This document shows positions 19,637 through 29,321 of a DNA stretch of 64,000 bases, piece by piece. The translations under genes were made by a program, and so were the position numbers. Position 1 is the first letter of the stretch. Every line of letters begins with the position of its first letter. The stretch comes from an uncultured Chloroflexia bacterium (GTDB lineage: Bacteria > Chloroflexota > Limnocylindria > Limnocylindrales > CSP1-4), in the NCBI GenBank assembly GCA_963834915.1, contig CAWIDI010000003.1, positions 259,174 through 323,173 on the forward strand, written 5' to 3'. A model generated the notes under the pieces. It saw nothing but the letters and a program-made list of their open reading frames with translations. It was not told the origin of the DNA and ran no database searches.

Positions 19637-20635
19637 ATGCCACGTCCCCGATCGATCGCCACGGTGCTGGCGGTCGCCCTCATCGCCGCGGCCTGCGGGT
19701 CGCCGACCTCCTCCCCCACGGCCGCGCCCAGTGCGTCCGCCGACGCTGGCGCCCTCTGCCCGAGCGCCCCGGAGGTCACCTCGACGCCGGCCGGCTGGGA
19801 GGCGCCATCGACCACGCCCGCCACGATCCCCTTCCTCGTCAGCAACCAGGTCGCCTGCGGCCAGGCGCGGCTGCTGCTGCTGTTCCTCGACAGCCAGAAC
19901 CGCGTCGTGAGCGCGCCCGACCGCACCGCATCGGTCGCGTTCTACGACCTCGGCCGTGACCCGGGGAAGGCCGTCGCGACCGCCGACGGCACGTTCATCT
20001 GGACGATCCCGAACGACCGCGGCATGTACATCCTCGACGTCGCGCTTCCCGAGGCCGGGACCTGGGGCGCCGAGGTGACCACCGAGGCGCCTGGCGCGCC
20101 CAAGGAGACGACACGCCTCCAGTTCGACGTCCACGACACGTCCTTCACCGTCCAGGTCGGCCAGAAGGCGCCCGCCACGAAGACCCCGACGCTCGCCGAC
20201 GTCGGTGGCGACGTGCACAAGATCTCCACCGACGCGAACCCGAACCCGGCCTTCTACGAGACCTCCGTCGCCGATGCGATCGCCGCGAAGAAGCCGTTCA
20301 TCCTCGTCTTCGCGACGCCCAAGTTCTGCAAGAGCGCCCAGTGCGGTCCGACCCTCGACCAGCTCAAGCCGATCGCCGCGGCCAACCCTGGCGTGACATT
20401 CATCAACGTCGAGCCCTACGAGCTCAAGCTGGTCGACGGACAACTGCAACCGGTCCTGACCACGGCCGACCCGCCGGACCTGACGCCCACCACGACCACG
20501 CTCGAATGGGGATTGACCAGCGAGCCGTGGATCTTCGCGGTGGACGCGAACGGCGTCGTGCAGAAGTCCTACGAGCTGATCGCGTCACCGGCCGAGATGG
20601 ACGCTGCGATCAAGGCGATCGCGCCAGCCCGCTGA
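19637..20635 (+). CDS. Lipoprotein with C-terminal thioredoxin-like domain
   Basis: Lipobox AAAC; KPFILVFATPKFCKSAQCGP and EWGLTSEPWIF. Confidence 0.7.
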   Translation: MPRPRSIATVLAVALIAAACGSPTSSPTAAPSASADAGALCPSAPEVTSTPAGWEAPSTTPATIPFLVSNQVACGQARLLLLFLDSQNRVVSAPDRTASVAFYDLGRDPGKAVATADGTFIWTIPNDRGMYILDVALPEAGTWGAEVTTEAPGAPKETTRLQFDVHDTSFTVQVGQKAPATKTPTLADVGGDVHKISTDANPNPAFYETSVADAIAAKKPFILVFATPKFCKSAQCGPTLDQLKPIAAANPGVTFINVEPYELKLVDGQLQPVLTTADPPDLTPTTTTLEWGLTSEPWIFAVDANGVVQKSYELIASPAEMDAAIKAIAPAR

Positions 20636-21003
20636 GGCGCGATCTCCGCGCCCGCGGGCGCATCCTCGAGGCGGATCGCCTGCAACGTCCCGCTGCTGTC
20701 GCGATACCAGACCCGGACCTTGCTGCCCAGGCCCTGGTGCTCGACGAGATGCCCGGGCGGGAACTCGACAGCATTCTCGAGCGCTGACAGGTCGAACTCG
20801 AGGGTCCGCCCATCGTCGGACCGGAGCGTGAAGCCGCGGACCTTGGTCAGCCCGGACGAATCGACGCCGACCACCACGCCCTGGACCATCGTCGTGCCAG
20901 GCGGCGGGCCGCTGGTCCCGCCCAGGAGCACCATCGCCCCGATCGTGACGACGACCAGCCCGAGGATGGAGGCGAGGAAGACGTTCCGGGTGGTTCGGTC
21001 CAC
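20569..21003 (-). CDS. Hypothetical membrane-anchored protein (OB-fold-like)
   Basis: N-terminal TM followed by a beta-rich domain; starts 3 bp after the pyrE stop. Confidence 0.6.
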   Translation of the reverse strand: MDRTTRNVFLASILGLVVVTIGAMVLLGGTSGPPPGTTMVQGVVVGVDSSGLTKVRGFTLRSDDGRTLEFDLSALENAVEFPPGHLVEHQGLGSKVRVWYRDSSGTLQAIRLEDAPAGAEIAPQRAGAIALIAASISAGDAISS

Positions 21004-21006
21004 GGG

Positions 21007-21685
21007 TCAGGCGTGGGTCCCGGTGCTCCCCGGCGCGTGGAGCGGCATCCCGTCGGCGCAGCGCGGACAGGTCGCCACTCCCGGCTCGTAGGTCGGCAGG
21101 TCGAGCCCCCAGAGCGAGCGGAGCGGATAGACGCGCCCGGTGGTCGGCGACGTCAGCGTCGGGTGCCCGCCACCGCGGTCCACCAGGACCGCGCACTCGA
21201 CGATCTCGCCGCCCAGCGCCTCGACGGCCGGGATCATCGCCAGCAGCGAGCCGCCGGTGGTCAGGATGTCGTCGACCAGGAGGACGCGCTCGCCGGGCTC
21301 GATGCGGAAGCCACGCCGGAACTCGCGCCGGGTCGATCCCGTCGTCGTCGCGGACCTCCTCGGCGAAGATGCTGCGGAGCCCGAGCTGACGCGCGGTCTC
21401 GAAGGCGAGGATGACGCCGCCGGTCGTCGGCCCGGCCACGAGATCGGCCAGCGCGGGCCGGTCATCGTCGCCGGCCACGGTCGCCGCGAAGTAGCCGCAC
21501 AGCTCGCTGGTCGCGGCCGGGTCCGAGAGGACCGCGAACTTCTCGACGTACGCGTCCCCGTGCCGGCCGCTCTTGAGCAGGAAGTGGCCCTCGCGGAAGG
21601 CACCCGAGGCGCGGAAGATCGCCTCCGTGCGCGCGGCGATGACGAGTCGGGCGGTGGCGTCAAGGGCCGGTCGGATCGTGGTCAT
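21007..21685 (-). CDS. pyrE: Orotate phosphoribosyltransferase, frameshift near 21338
   Basis: GHFLLKSGRH in one frame; PRPP motif VLLVDDILTTGGS in the next. Confidence 0.88.
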
Positions 21686-21735
21686 GCCGGCAAGTGTAGG
21701 TCGGTCGCTCCGACGGGCGCCGGGCCGCCCGACGG

Positions 21736-22737
21736 TCAGGGGTGGTACTCGACCCCGTTGGCCGACGGCGCCGCGGGTCGCTTCGGCAGGGCGGTCCCGA
21801 CCAGGTCCCGGTACGAGGTCACGCCGCGCGTCCGGCACGCGTCCGCGAGCTCGTCGACCAGGCGGACCGGCAGCGTCGGGTCGGCGAAGATCGCCGTGCC
21901 AACCTGGACCGCGACGGCTCCGACGGCCAGGAAGTCGAGCACGTCCGCCAGCTCCGTGACGCCGCCGATGGCCACGATCGGGATCTTCACGGCCTGCGCC
22001 GCCTCGTACACGACGCGCAGCGCGACCGGCTTGATGGCCGGGCCGGACAGCCCGCCGTAGACGTTCCCGAGGAGCGGCCTGGTCCGGTCCGGTGCGACGG
22101 CGATCCCGGACAGCGTGTTGATGGCGGTCAGCGCATCCGCACCCGCGTCGGCGATGGCCTTCGCGATCGGCCGGATGTCCGAGACGTTCGGGGAGAGCTT
22201 GACCAGCAGCGGCAGGTCCGTGGCGCGGCGGACGGCGGCGGTGACCTCGCCGGCCGCGCCGGCATCGATGGCGAACTGGAGCCCGCCGCGACCGACGTTG
22301 GGGCACGAGATGTTCAGCTCGATGCCCGCGATCCCGGGCACTCCGTCGAGCCGCCGGGCGACCTCGACGTAGTCCTCGACCGACTCGCCGGCGATGTTGA
22401 CGATGACCGGGACCTTCCAAGCCGTCCAGGTGTCCGCGTACTTGGCGATCACGGCATCGACGCCGGGGTTCTGCAGCCCGATCGAGTTGAGCATCCCGCC
22501 CGGCGTCTCGGTCACGCGCGGCGTCGGGTTGCCGATCCGTGCCCGCAGGGTCGTGCCCTTGCAGCAGATCGCGCCGAGCCGGTCGATCTCGACGACATCG
22601 CCGTACTCGACGCCGTAGCCGAAGGTCCCCGACGCGACGAGGATCGGGTTGGCGAGGACCAGGCCGCGTCCGAGGTCGACGGACAGGTCGATCTCGGTAT
22701 CGGCGGCCAGCGGCCCGGGGCCGCCGTGCACGGTCAC
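21736..22737 (-). CDS. pyrD: Dihydroorotate dehydrogenase B, catalytic subunit
   Basis: ASGTFGYG, NSIGLQNPG, ELNISCPN, VKLSPN and GGLSGPAIKP motifs; GTGA overlap with pyrK. Confidence 0.93.
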   Translation of the reverse strand: MTVHGGPGPLAADTEIDLSVDLGRGLVLANPILVASGTFGYGVEYGDVVEIDRLGAICCKGTTLRARIGNPTPRVTETPGGMLNSIGLQNPGVDAVIAKYADTWTAWKVPVIVNIAGESVEDYVEVARRLDGVPGIAGIELNISCPNVGRGGLQFAIDAGAAGEVTAAVRRATDLPLLVKLSPNVSDIRPIAKAIADAGADALTAINTLSGIAVAPDRTRPLLGNVYGGLSGPAIKPVALRVVYEAAQAVKIPIVAIGGVTELADVLDFLAVGAVAVQVGTAIFADPTLPVRLVDELADACRTRGVTSYRDLVGTALPKRPAAPSANGVEYHP

Positions 22738-23603
22738 GACCACGCGCCGTCCCAGGCGATCTCCTCGGCCGCGAAGACCGGACCTTCGCGACAGACGCGC
22801 TGCGGGACGCCGCTCGTGCTCATCACCACGCAGCCCAGGCACGCCCCGACCGCGCAGCCCATGTTCTGCTCCATCGACACCTGGAGGAACGCCTTCCGGC
22901 GAGCGGCCGGCGAGCCGACCGGGTCGGACTTGCCGCCGCCGCGCTTGCGGCCGAGCTTCGCGACGCCGAGTCGCTGCTGGCGGCCGGCCGCGAGCCGCGC
23001 GAGGGCGGCCAGCATCGGGGCCGGCCCGCAGGCGAAGGCCTGGTCCGCCCAGCCCTCGTACGTGGCGACCAGGTCGGTCACGTAGCCGTGGTGGCCGAGC
23101 GAGCCGTCGTCGGTCGCGACGATGTACTCGACCTCGTCGGGGAGCAGGCTCGAGGGATAGACCTCGCGCGAGCTGGCCGCCCCGAACAGCAGCGTGACCT
23201 GACGGCCGTCGCGGATCGCCTCGTCGGCCAGCAGACGGACGCCGGCCATGCCAAGGCCGCCGGCGATGAGCAGCAGGTGCTGGCTCCGCGAGTCGACCTC
23301 GAACGGCCGGCCGAGTGGCCCCAGGAGGTCGACGCTGTCACCGGGTCGGAGATGCGTGAACCACTCGGTCCCGCGGCCCACCACGCGGAAGTGGATCGTG
23401 ATCGTGCCGGTCGCCGCGTCGATCGTGTTCAGCGAGAACGGCCGGCGCAGGACCATCCCGGAGAAGTCGCCGGTCCGGACATGGACGAACTGGCCCGCCC
23501 GCGAACCCGTCGCGATCTCCGGGGCGTGGTAGGCCTGGAGCCACTGACCCGGGAGGATCTCTCGACTCTCGACGAGCTCCGCCGCGGCGAGCCGCATCGT
23601 CAC
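22734..23603 (-). CDS. pyrK: Dihydroorotate dehydrogenase electron transfer subunit
   Basis: LRRPFS, GPLG, GGLG and ACGP motifs; [2Fe-2S] motif CAVGACLGC...RVC. Confidence 0.92.
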   Translation of the reverse strand: MTMRLAAAELVESREILPGQWLQAYHAPEIATGSRAGQFVHVRTGDFSGMVLRRPFSLNTIDAATGTITIHFRVVGRGTEWFTHLRPGDSVDLLGPLGRPFEVDSRSQHLLLIAGGLGMAGVRLLADEAIRDGRQVTLLFGAASSREVYPSSLLPDEVEYIVATDDGSLGHHGYVTDLVATYEGWADQAFACGPAPMLAALARLAAGRQQRLGVAKLGRKRGGGKSDPVGSPAARRKAFLQVSMEQNMGCAVGACLGCVVMSTSGVPQRVCREGPVFAAEEIAWDGAWS

Positions 23604-24655
23604 GCGGTCGGCTCGCCCTCCTTGGCGTCGTCGTCGTCCGGGTCCTCGTCGTCGGCGTCCTCGTCCGCGTCTTCGTCGTCCTCCGCGGGCTCGACGGCGG
23701 CGACGGTGTCGTCCGCGTCGTCGTGATCGGGAGCCGCGGCCCCGGCGCCGGTCTCATCGGCCTCCGCCGGTAGCTCCGGCGCGACCGAGGGATAGGCCTC
23801 GGCCAGCGAGTCCGCCAGGTCGCCGAAGACATCGGTCGGGTCGTAGAACTCGACGAGCTCGTCGGCGCTCGTCAGCGAGCGCCAGCCACCCTCGGCATCC
23901 TCCGGGATCACCTCGGCGCGGAAGACGCCGGTGCCGGTCAGGACCAGCCGCTCGTCGTCGTCGTCGACGATGATCAGCTCGCCCACGACGCTGCTGAGGC
24001 CGGCGGCGGCACCCTCGAACTCGGACAGGATCCGGGCTTCGTTGCGCTGGCTCCGCTCCTGGTACTCGAGCGCGAGGTCGTAGAGCCGATGCGCGGCGGC
24101 TTCGTCGTCGTCCGTGTCGAGCGGCATCGACTGGCCGGCCGCCCACGAGTCGGCGGCCGCGGCGTAGGGGTCCTCGGCCGAGGTCGAGAGCGTCTCCTCG
24201 ACCGAGATGCCGGCAGCGGCAAGGACGTCCTCCTCGCCGGTCGGCTCGGCGCCGAGGCCCGCGGCCTCGCGGGACGCCTCGGCGAAGGCGGCGTAGATGT
24301 CGGCCGGGTTGTACAGCTCGACCAGCTCGGAGGCGTGCTCGATGACCTCGGTCTCGCTGACCCACTCTCCGGTGATGTCGTCGAGGTACCGGCTGCGGCT
24401 GCGGAACGAGAGGTCGGGCGCGATCGACAGGTAGTCCGGCTCCTCGTCGATCAGGGTCAGACCGCCGATGGCGGCGATCCGCTCCTTGTGCCGATCGAGG
24501 AACTTGCGCAGTTGCTCAGTGGACTGGACGAGGAAGTCGGAACGTTCGAGGCCGGCGTCGGACGCCAACTCACCGAGCAGGTCGTTGTGGCCATCCATGG
24601 TTGGTCTCCCGTTCGGTTCGTCGCCTTGTGGTCGCGCGTCGCGTCGCATGCTCAT
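23600..24655 (-). CDS. Highly acidic hypothetical protein with a duplicated domain
   Basis: 351-aa ORF with two ELVE(L/F)Y(N/D)PxD repeats and an Asp/Glu tail; GTGA overlap with pyrK. Confidence 0.75.
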   Translation of the reverse strand: MSMRRDARPQGDEPNGRPTMDGHNDLLGELASDAGLERSDFLVQSTEQLRKFLDRHKERIAAIGGLTLIDEEPDYLSIAPDLSFRSRSRYLDDITGEWVSETEVIEHASELVELYNPADIYAAFAEASREAAGLGAEPTGEEDVLAAAGISVEETLSTSAEDPYAAAADSWAAGQSMPLDTDDDEAAAHRLYDLALEYQERSQRNEARILSEFEGAAAGLSSVVGELIIVDDDDERLVLTGTGVFRAEVIPEDAEGGWRSLTSADELVEFYDPTDVFGDLADSLAEAYPSVAPELPAEADETGAGAAAPDHDDADDTVAAVEPAEDDEDADEDADDEDPDDDDAKEGEPTA

Positions 24656-24670
24656 CGGATGCTCCTCGGG

Positions 24671-24997
24671 TCAGGGATGGTATTCGAGATCGGGGCCCAT
24701 CCGTTCTCGCAGGAACATCGAGTGATGGCGCTCGAAGATCCATTCGCCCGCTCGATGGCCGAGCGCGCGGGTGGCCTCGTCGGCCTCGAGCTTGTCCAGG
24801 GTCGCGTAGTCGGGCAGGTCCAGCAGGATCACGTTGTCGAAGTCCCAGCCGTGGGCGACGTTGAACCAGCCGATGAAGCGGATGCCGAACTTCTCTTCGT
24901 AGTCCTTCACCTGCCTCGGGAAGATCGTTCGCATGAAGAACTTGAAGAACGGATCGCGGCCGCGGCGGACGGAGAAGTAGGTCGCGAGCACGGGCAC
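24671..24997 (-). CDS. Small hypothetical protein (NIPSNAP/Dabb ferredoxin-like)
   Basis: AGGAGG SD then GTG at 24997; FGIRFIGWFNV...DNVILLDLPDYATLDKL. Confidence 0.65.
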   Translation of the reverse strand: MPVLATYFSVRRGRDPFFKFFMRTIFPRQVKDYEEKFGIRFIGWFNVAHGWDFDNVILLDLPDYATLDKLEADEATRALGHRAGEWIFERHHSMFLRERMGPDLEYHP

Positions 24998-25198
24998 GTT
25001 CGGGCGTTCCTCCTGGGCGGACGAGGGTCGGCTCGCGCCGGCCCGCCCGGTATTGTCGCACGGGGCCGCTCGTGCGCGGTCGTGCGTGGGGAATGGCAGT
25101 GCCGGAGGCGTCGCGGGCGTTGGGCGGCCCGCGCCGTTCGGTGGTCCCGCGACCGAACGTGGTCGCGGTCCGCCGACCCGGCAGGACGACCACCAGGA

Positions 25199-25362
25199 GA
25201 CCGTTATGGCCGGTCCACGCCCGCCGTCCGAGTCCAGATGACCTGCCTCGGGGGCTCCGGCGGCCGATCCGAGCGTGCTCTGGCCTCTCCAGCCCGAGCG
25301 GATCACCTACTTCTGGACAGGGAACGGCCATTGCGTTCTCCCCATGACCGTTATGGCAGGTC
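25199..25362. repeat. Pair of 17-bp direct repeats with palindromic ends
   Basis: GACCGTTATGGCCGGTC (25199-25215) and GACCGTTATGGCAGGTC (25346-25362). Confidence 0.65.
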
Positions 25363-25520
25363 GGCCGCGCCAACGGCCAGTCGGCCGCGCCAACGGCCAG
25401 TCGGCCGCGCCAACGGCCAGTCGGCCGCGCCAACGGCCAGTCGGCCGCGCCAACGGCCGGTCGGCCGCGCCAACGGCCAGTCGGCCGCGCCAACGGCCAG
25501 TCGGCCGCGCCAACGGCCGG
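25361..25520. repeat. Tandem repeat, 8 x 20 bp
   Basis: Unit TCGGCCGCGCCAACGGCCAG; copies 5 and 8 end in GG; no spacers. Confidence 0.97.
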
Positions 25521-25530
25521 GCGGCCTGCC

Positions 25531-26011
25531 CTACGGGTCGGAGCGATCCCGCTGGTGCTCGGGATCCTGCTCGGCCGGAGGCGCGGATGCCGCGTCCTCG
25601 AGCTCGCCGACCGTCTTCGTGGCACTCCCCATCGGTCGGCGGCGGGTCCGGCGGTCGGCGGCCACGAGCCGCAGCAGGAAGATGATCGTCTGGCCGGTGA
25701 CCAGCAGCAGGAAGATGACGATGAAGAGCAGGGCCGCACTCACGGCGGGGGGCCAATCCCACGCGACGCTCAGCGGGGTGAGGACGACGAGGATCGCGAG
25801 CACCACGACCTGGAACCGGAAGCAGCCGAGGCCCGGGCCGCGCTCGGGCTCGAGCTCGGCCCCCTTGTACTGGATCGGGCCGGTCGGCCGGGGCCGGCGC
25901 GGGGGCGTCGGGTCGACGGACAGGGTCGTTGGGCGGCGGCTCAGGCTCCGGCTGCGGTCCCGGGGACCCAGCGTCCGGCCCGTCCGCGGGCACCCCGCCC
26001 TGGTCCGTCAC
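25531..26011 (-). CDS. Hypothetical 2-TM membrane protein, probable frameshift near 25922
   Basis: GTG start overlaps the ybaK-like stop. A Pro-rich N-terminus shifts into the IQYKGAELEPERGPGLGCFRFQ + TM frame. Confidence 0.55.
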
Positions 26012-26529
26012 GAGGCGTCCGCCCGTGGCGCCGGCTCGGTCGCGAGGCCCTCGACCACTTCGACACCGGGCAGCGCCCGCAGGATCGATGGAGTGGACAC
26101 GACCTTCCACGACCGCGACCCGCCGCCGAGCACGATCCGCTCGCGGTCCATGACCCGCGCGTCGACCCAGATCGGCAGGTCGGCCGGCAGCCCGAACACC
26201 GTCACGCCGCCCATCTGCATCCCGGTGAGGGCCGCGGTGTCCTCGGCCGGGGCGAACGACGCCTTGCGCGTCCCGAGGCGGTCGCGGACCGCGCGGTTCA
26301 CGTCGAGCCGGTACGGCGCCAGCGTCACGCAGGCGGCGTAGCGCGGGGGATCGGACTTGCCGATCACCACGATCGTGTTGGCCGAGTCCTCCGGCGGGAA
26401 CCCGTAGGCGGCGCAGAACGCGGCCGTGTCGGCCAGGGCCGGATCGCAGGCGAACAGCTCGTATGGCACGCCGAGGCCGGTGAGCTGCCCATCGAGCCAG
26501 CGGCGACCGGCCTCATCGTGATCCTGCAC
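26008..26529 (-). CDS. YbaK/EbsC aminoacyl-tRNA deacylase family protein
   Basis: LADTAAFC, RKASFA, TGMQMGGVTVFG and GGGSRSWK motifs. Confidence 0.85.
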   Translation of the reverse strand: MQDHDEAGRRWLDGQLTGLGVPYELFACDPALADTAAFCAAYGFPPEDSANTIVVIGKSDPPRYAACVTLAPYRLDVNRAVRDRLGTRKASFAPAEDTAALTGMQMGGVTVFGLPADLPIWVDARVMDRERIVLGGGSRSWKVVSTPSILRALPGVEVVEGLATEPAPRADAS

Positions 26530-26586
26530 GGTGCGAAGGGTACGACGCGCGAGCCGCGGACATCGGCGGCGACTACCATCGAGCCG

Positions 26587-28230
26587 ATGGCCGACCGACC
26601 CTCGACCCAGCATCCGACCGCGCCGCCCGACATCGACGCCTACCTGGCCCGGTTCGACTGGCACCCCGAGCCGGAGCTCGTCGCTTACCGCGACGAAGGC
26701 GCCTCTCGAGTCGCACTCGAACAGCTCGGGGCGGACACCTGGGCGGCCGCCCTCGCCTTCCTCTACGAACAGGCCAGCGAGCGGGCGATGGGCGACGCCT
26801 CACCGTACGAGCAGCTGCGCCGCCAGTACTACGGCGGCGGCACCGGCCCCGGCCCGGCGCCGCTCGACCCGATGCCGTCGAGGGATGTCCTCGCCGAGTT
26901 CACCCGGCGTCTGGCGGGCGGCCAGATGGCCTCGCAGCATCCGCGCCAGTTCGGGTACTTCACGCCGCCGCCGCTCCCGATGTCGATGATGGGCGAGCTG
27001 CTCGCCCAGATGACCAACCAGGGCGTCGACGTCTGGCACGCCGGCCCGCTCGCGTCGTTCGTCGAGGAGGAGGTCGTCCGCTGGCTGTGCGACCTGGTCG
27101 GCTTCGATGACGGCTCGTTCGGCCTGCTCACCTCGGGCGGCGTGATGGCCAACTTCATGGGGCTGGCGATCGCCCGCGACCTGCGCCTCGGTCAGCTGCT
27201 CGGGACGGGGCGTCCGCCGCGCGGCGGCGAGCTCGATGGCTGCCGCGCCTATGCCAGCGACCAGACGCACTTCTCCGTGGGGCGGGCGCTGGACCTCCTC
27301 GGCTTCCCGTCGGAGACCCTCGTGATCGTCCCGTCGGATGACCGGTTCCGCCTGCGGGGTGCGCCCGTCGCCGAAGCGATCGCGCGCGACGTCGCCGATG
27401 GCCTGACGCCGTTCGCGATCTCGGCCGTCGCGGGCTCGACCAACACGGGCTCCGTCGACGCCGTCGGGGAGCTGGCCGACGTGGCCGCCGAGCACGGGCT
27501 GTGGCTGCATGTCGACGCGGCTTACGGCGGCGGCGCGCGGCTCTCCGAACGCGACGCCGGACGGGTCCCGGACCTCGAGCGAGCCGATTCGGTCACGGTG
27601 GACCCGCACAAGTGGTTCTTCCAGGCCTACGACATCGGCGGGCTGCTGGTCCGCGATGGCCGTCACCTGGCCGCGACCTTCGGCGGCCGCAGTCCCGAGT
27701 ACTACCGCGGCGGCGAGGGTGCCGGGCCGGGAGCCGCGGAGGCGGCGCCGGGCGACCGGGACGACGCCGCCGACGACACCGACGAGCACGGCGACCAGCT
27801 CAACTTCTACAAGCTCAGCTTCGAGGGCACCCGCCGCTGGCGCGCGCTCAAGCTCTGGATGTCGTGGAAGCACCTCGGGACGAGGGGGTTCGGGCGGCTC
27901 ATCGAGGCCAACGACGACCTCGCGGCGCTCCTCGCGCAGCGCTGCTCGGAAGCCGATGACTTCGAGGCACTCCCCGAGGTGCCGGACCTGTCCGTGGTCT
28001 GCTTCCGGCACCTGCCGGGCGGGCGAGCGGCGGCGGCCGCGATGGATCCGCACCGACTCGATGCCCACCAGGACCGCCTGCAGCGCGCACTCGAGCTCTC
28101 GGGCGACGGCTGGCTGACGACGACCCGACTCCGCGGCGCGACCTATCTCCGGGCAGGGATCGTGAACTACCTCTCGACCGAGGACGACATCGACCACCTG
28201 CTCGAGACGCTGCGGCGTCTCGCAGGCTGA
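26587..28230 (+). CDS. Group II PLP-dependent amino acid decarboxylase
   Basis: TSGGVMAN, SDQTHFS, AGSTNTG, WLHVDAAYGG and PLP lysine motif DPHKW. Confidence 0.9.
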   Translation: MADRPSTQHPTAPPDIDAYLARFDWHPEPELVAYRDEGASRVALEQLGADTWAAALAFLYEQASERAMGDASPYEQLRRQYYGGGTGPGPAPLDPMPSRDVLAEFTRRLAGGQMASQHPRQFGYFTPPPLPMSMMGELLAQMTNQGVDVWHAGPLASFVEEEVVRWLCDLVGFDDGSFGLLTSGGVMANFMGLAIARDLRLGQLLGTGRPPRGGELDGCRAYASDQTHFSVGRALDLLGFPSETLVIVPSDDRFRLRGAPVAEAIARDVADGLTPFAISAVAGSTNTGSVDAVGELADVAAEHGLWLHVDAAYGGGARLSERDAGRVPDLERADSVTVDPHKWFFQAYDIGGLLVRDGRHLAATFGGRSPEYYRGGEGAGPGAAEAAPGDRDDAADDTDEHGDQLNFYKLSFEGTRRWRALKLWMSWKHLGTRGFGRLIEANDDLAALLAQRCSEADDFEALPEVPDLSVVCFRHLPGGRAAAAAMDPHRLDAHQDRLQRALELSGDGWLTTTRLRGATYLRAGIVNYLSTEDDIDHLLETLRRLAG

Positions 28231-28232
28231 CC

Positions 28233-29321
28233 TCAGCCGGGCGGTGTATCCAGCGGCGCCGGCCGCTCGCAGGTCGACGCGATCGCGACCTCGCTGTGCG
28301 TGGCCGCGGCCGTCTCGGTCGCGAGCAGCACGTCGAGCGCGTGGAACGCGAACGCGCCCGACGCCCGCGGCGACCGGCCCTCGCGGATCGCGGCGATCAT
28401 GTCGGCCAGGCCGATGCCGCGGCCGACGCTCCCGTCGAACCGCAGCGGCACGTCTGACCAGTCATCCGAACCCATGCGCCGCAGATGGACGGCGCCGTCG
28501 AAGCGGTTCGGGTCGCCCAGGCTGAGCGAACCCTCGGTCCCATGGATCTCGATGTGCGGCGAGGCGCTCGCGACGACGTCGAACGACGCGGTGAACCCGC
28601 CGATCGCCCCGGAGGCGAACCGGTAGACCGCGACCGCGTGCGTCGGGACCTCGGCCGTGAACGACTCGCCCGTCCGTGGCCCGGCACTGATCGTGCGCCG
28701 GACGCCCATCCCGCGCGCCTCGGCGGAGACCGCGACGATCGGGCCGAGCAGGCTCACCAATCCCGCGACGTAGTACGGGCCGACATCGAGCAGCGGGCCG
28801 CCGCCCGGACCGTAGAAGAAGTCGGGGTTCGGGTGCCAGCGCTCCGGTCCCGGATGCATGACCGCGGCGTTGGCCCCGATCGGCTCGCCGATGGCCCCCT
28901 CGTCGATCATGGCGCGGGCCGTCTGCAGGCAACCACCCAGGAACGTGTCCGGCGCTCCGCCGACGACGACCCCGGCCGCCGCGCCGTCCGCGAGGATCGC
29001 CGCCGCATCCGCCCGGGTCGTGGCGAAGGGCTTCTCGGAATAGAGGTGCTTGCGGGCGGCGATCGCCGCTCGCGAGATGCCGACGTGGGCGGTCGGGGGC
29101 GTGAGGTTGAGCACGATCTCGATGTCCGGATCGGCCAGCAGCGCGTCGACGGCCATCGCCGGGAAGCCGCCCTTGGCCGAGAGTGCCGCGGCCCGGCCCG
29201 GGTCGATGTCCGCGCAGGCGGCCAGCTGGATCGAAGGCAGCGTCGCGCAGCCGCGCAGGTACAGGTCGGTGACGTTCCCGCAGCCGACGATGCCGACCCT
29301 GGCGGGCCGGACCTCGGTCAC
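28233..29321 (-). CDS. Gfo/Idh/MocA family oxidoreductase
   Basis: GIVGCG, KHLYSEKP, APDTFLG and GGGPLLDVGPYY motifs. Confidence 0.9.
   Translation of the reverse strand: MTEVRPARVGIVGCGNVTDLYLRGCATLPSIQLAACADIDPGRAAALSAKGGFPAMAVDALLADPDIEIVLNLTPPTAHVGISRAAIAARKHLYSEKPFATTRADAAAILADGAAAGVVVGGAPDTFLGGCLQTARAMIDEGAIGEPIGANAAVMHPGPERWHPNPDFFYGPGGGPLLDVGPYYVAGLVSLLGPIVAVSAEARGMGVRRTISAGPRTGESFTAEVPTHAVAVYRFASGAIGGFTASFDVVASASPHIEIHGTEGSLSLGDPNRFDGAVHLRRMGSDDWSDVPLRFDGSVGRGIGLADMIAAIREGRSPRASGAFAFHALDVLLATETAAATHSEVAIASTCERPAPLDTPPG

Noticed and set aside
25361-25520. CRISPR array
   Set aside because: Units are directly adjacent with no unique spacers, and there are no cas genes.
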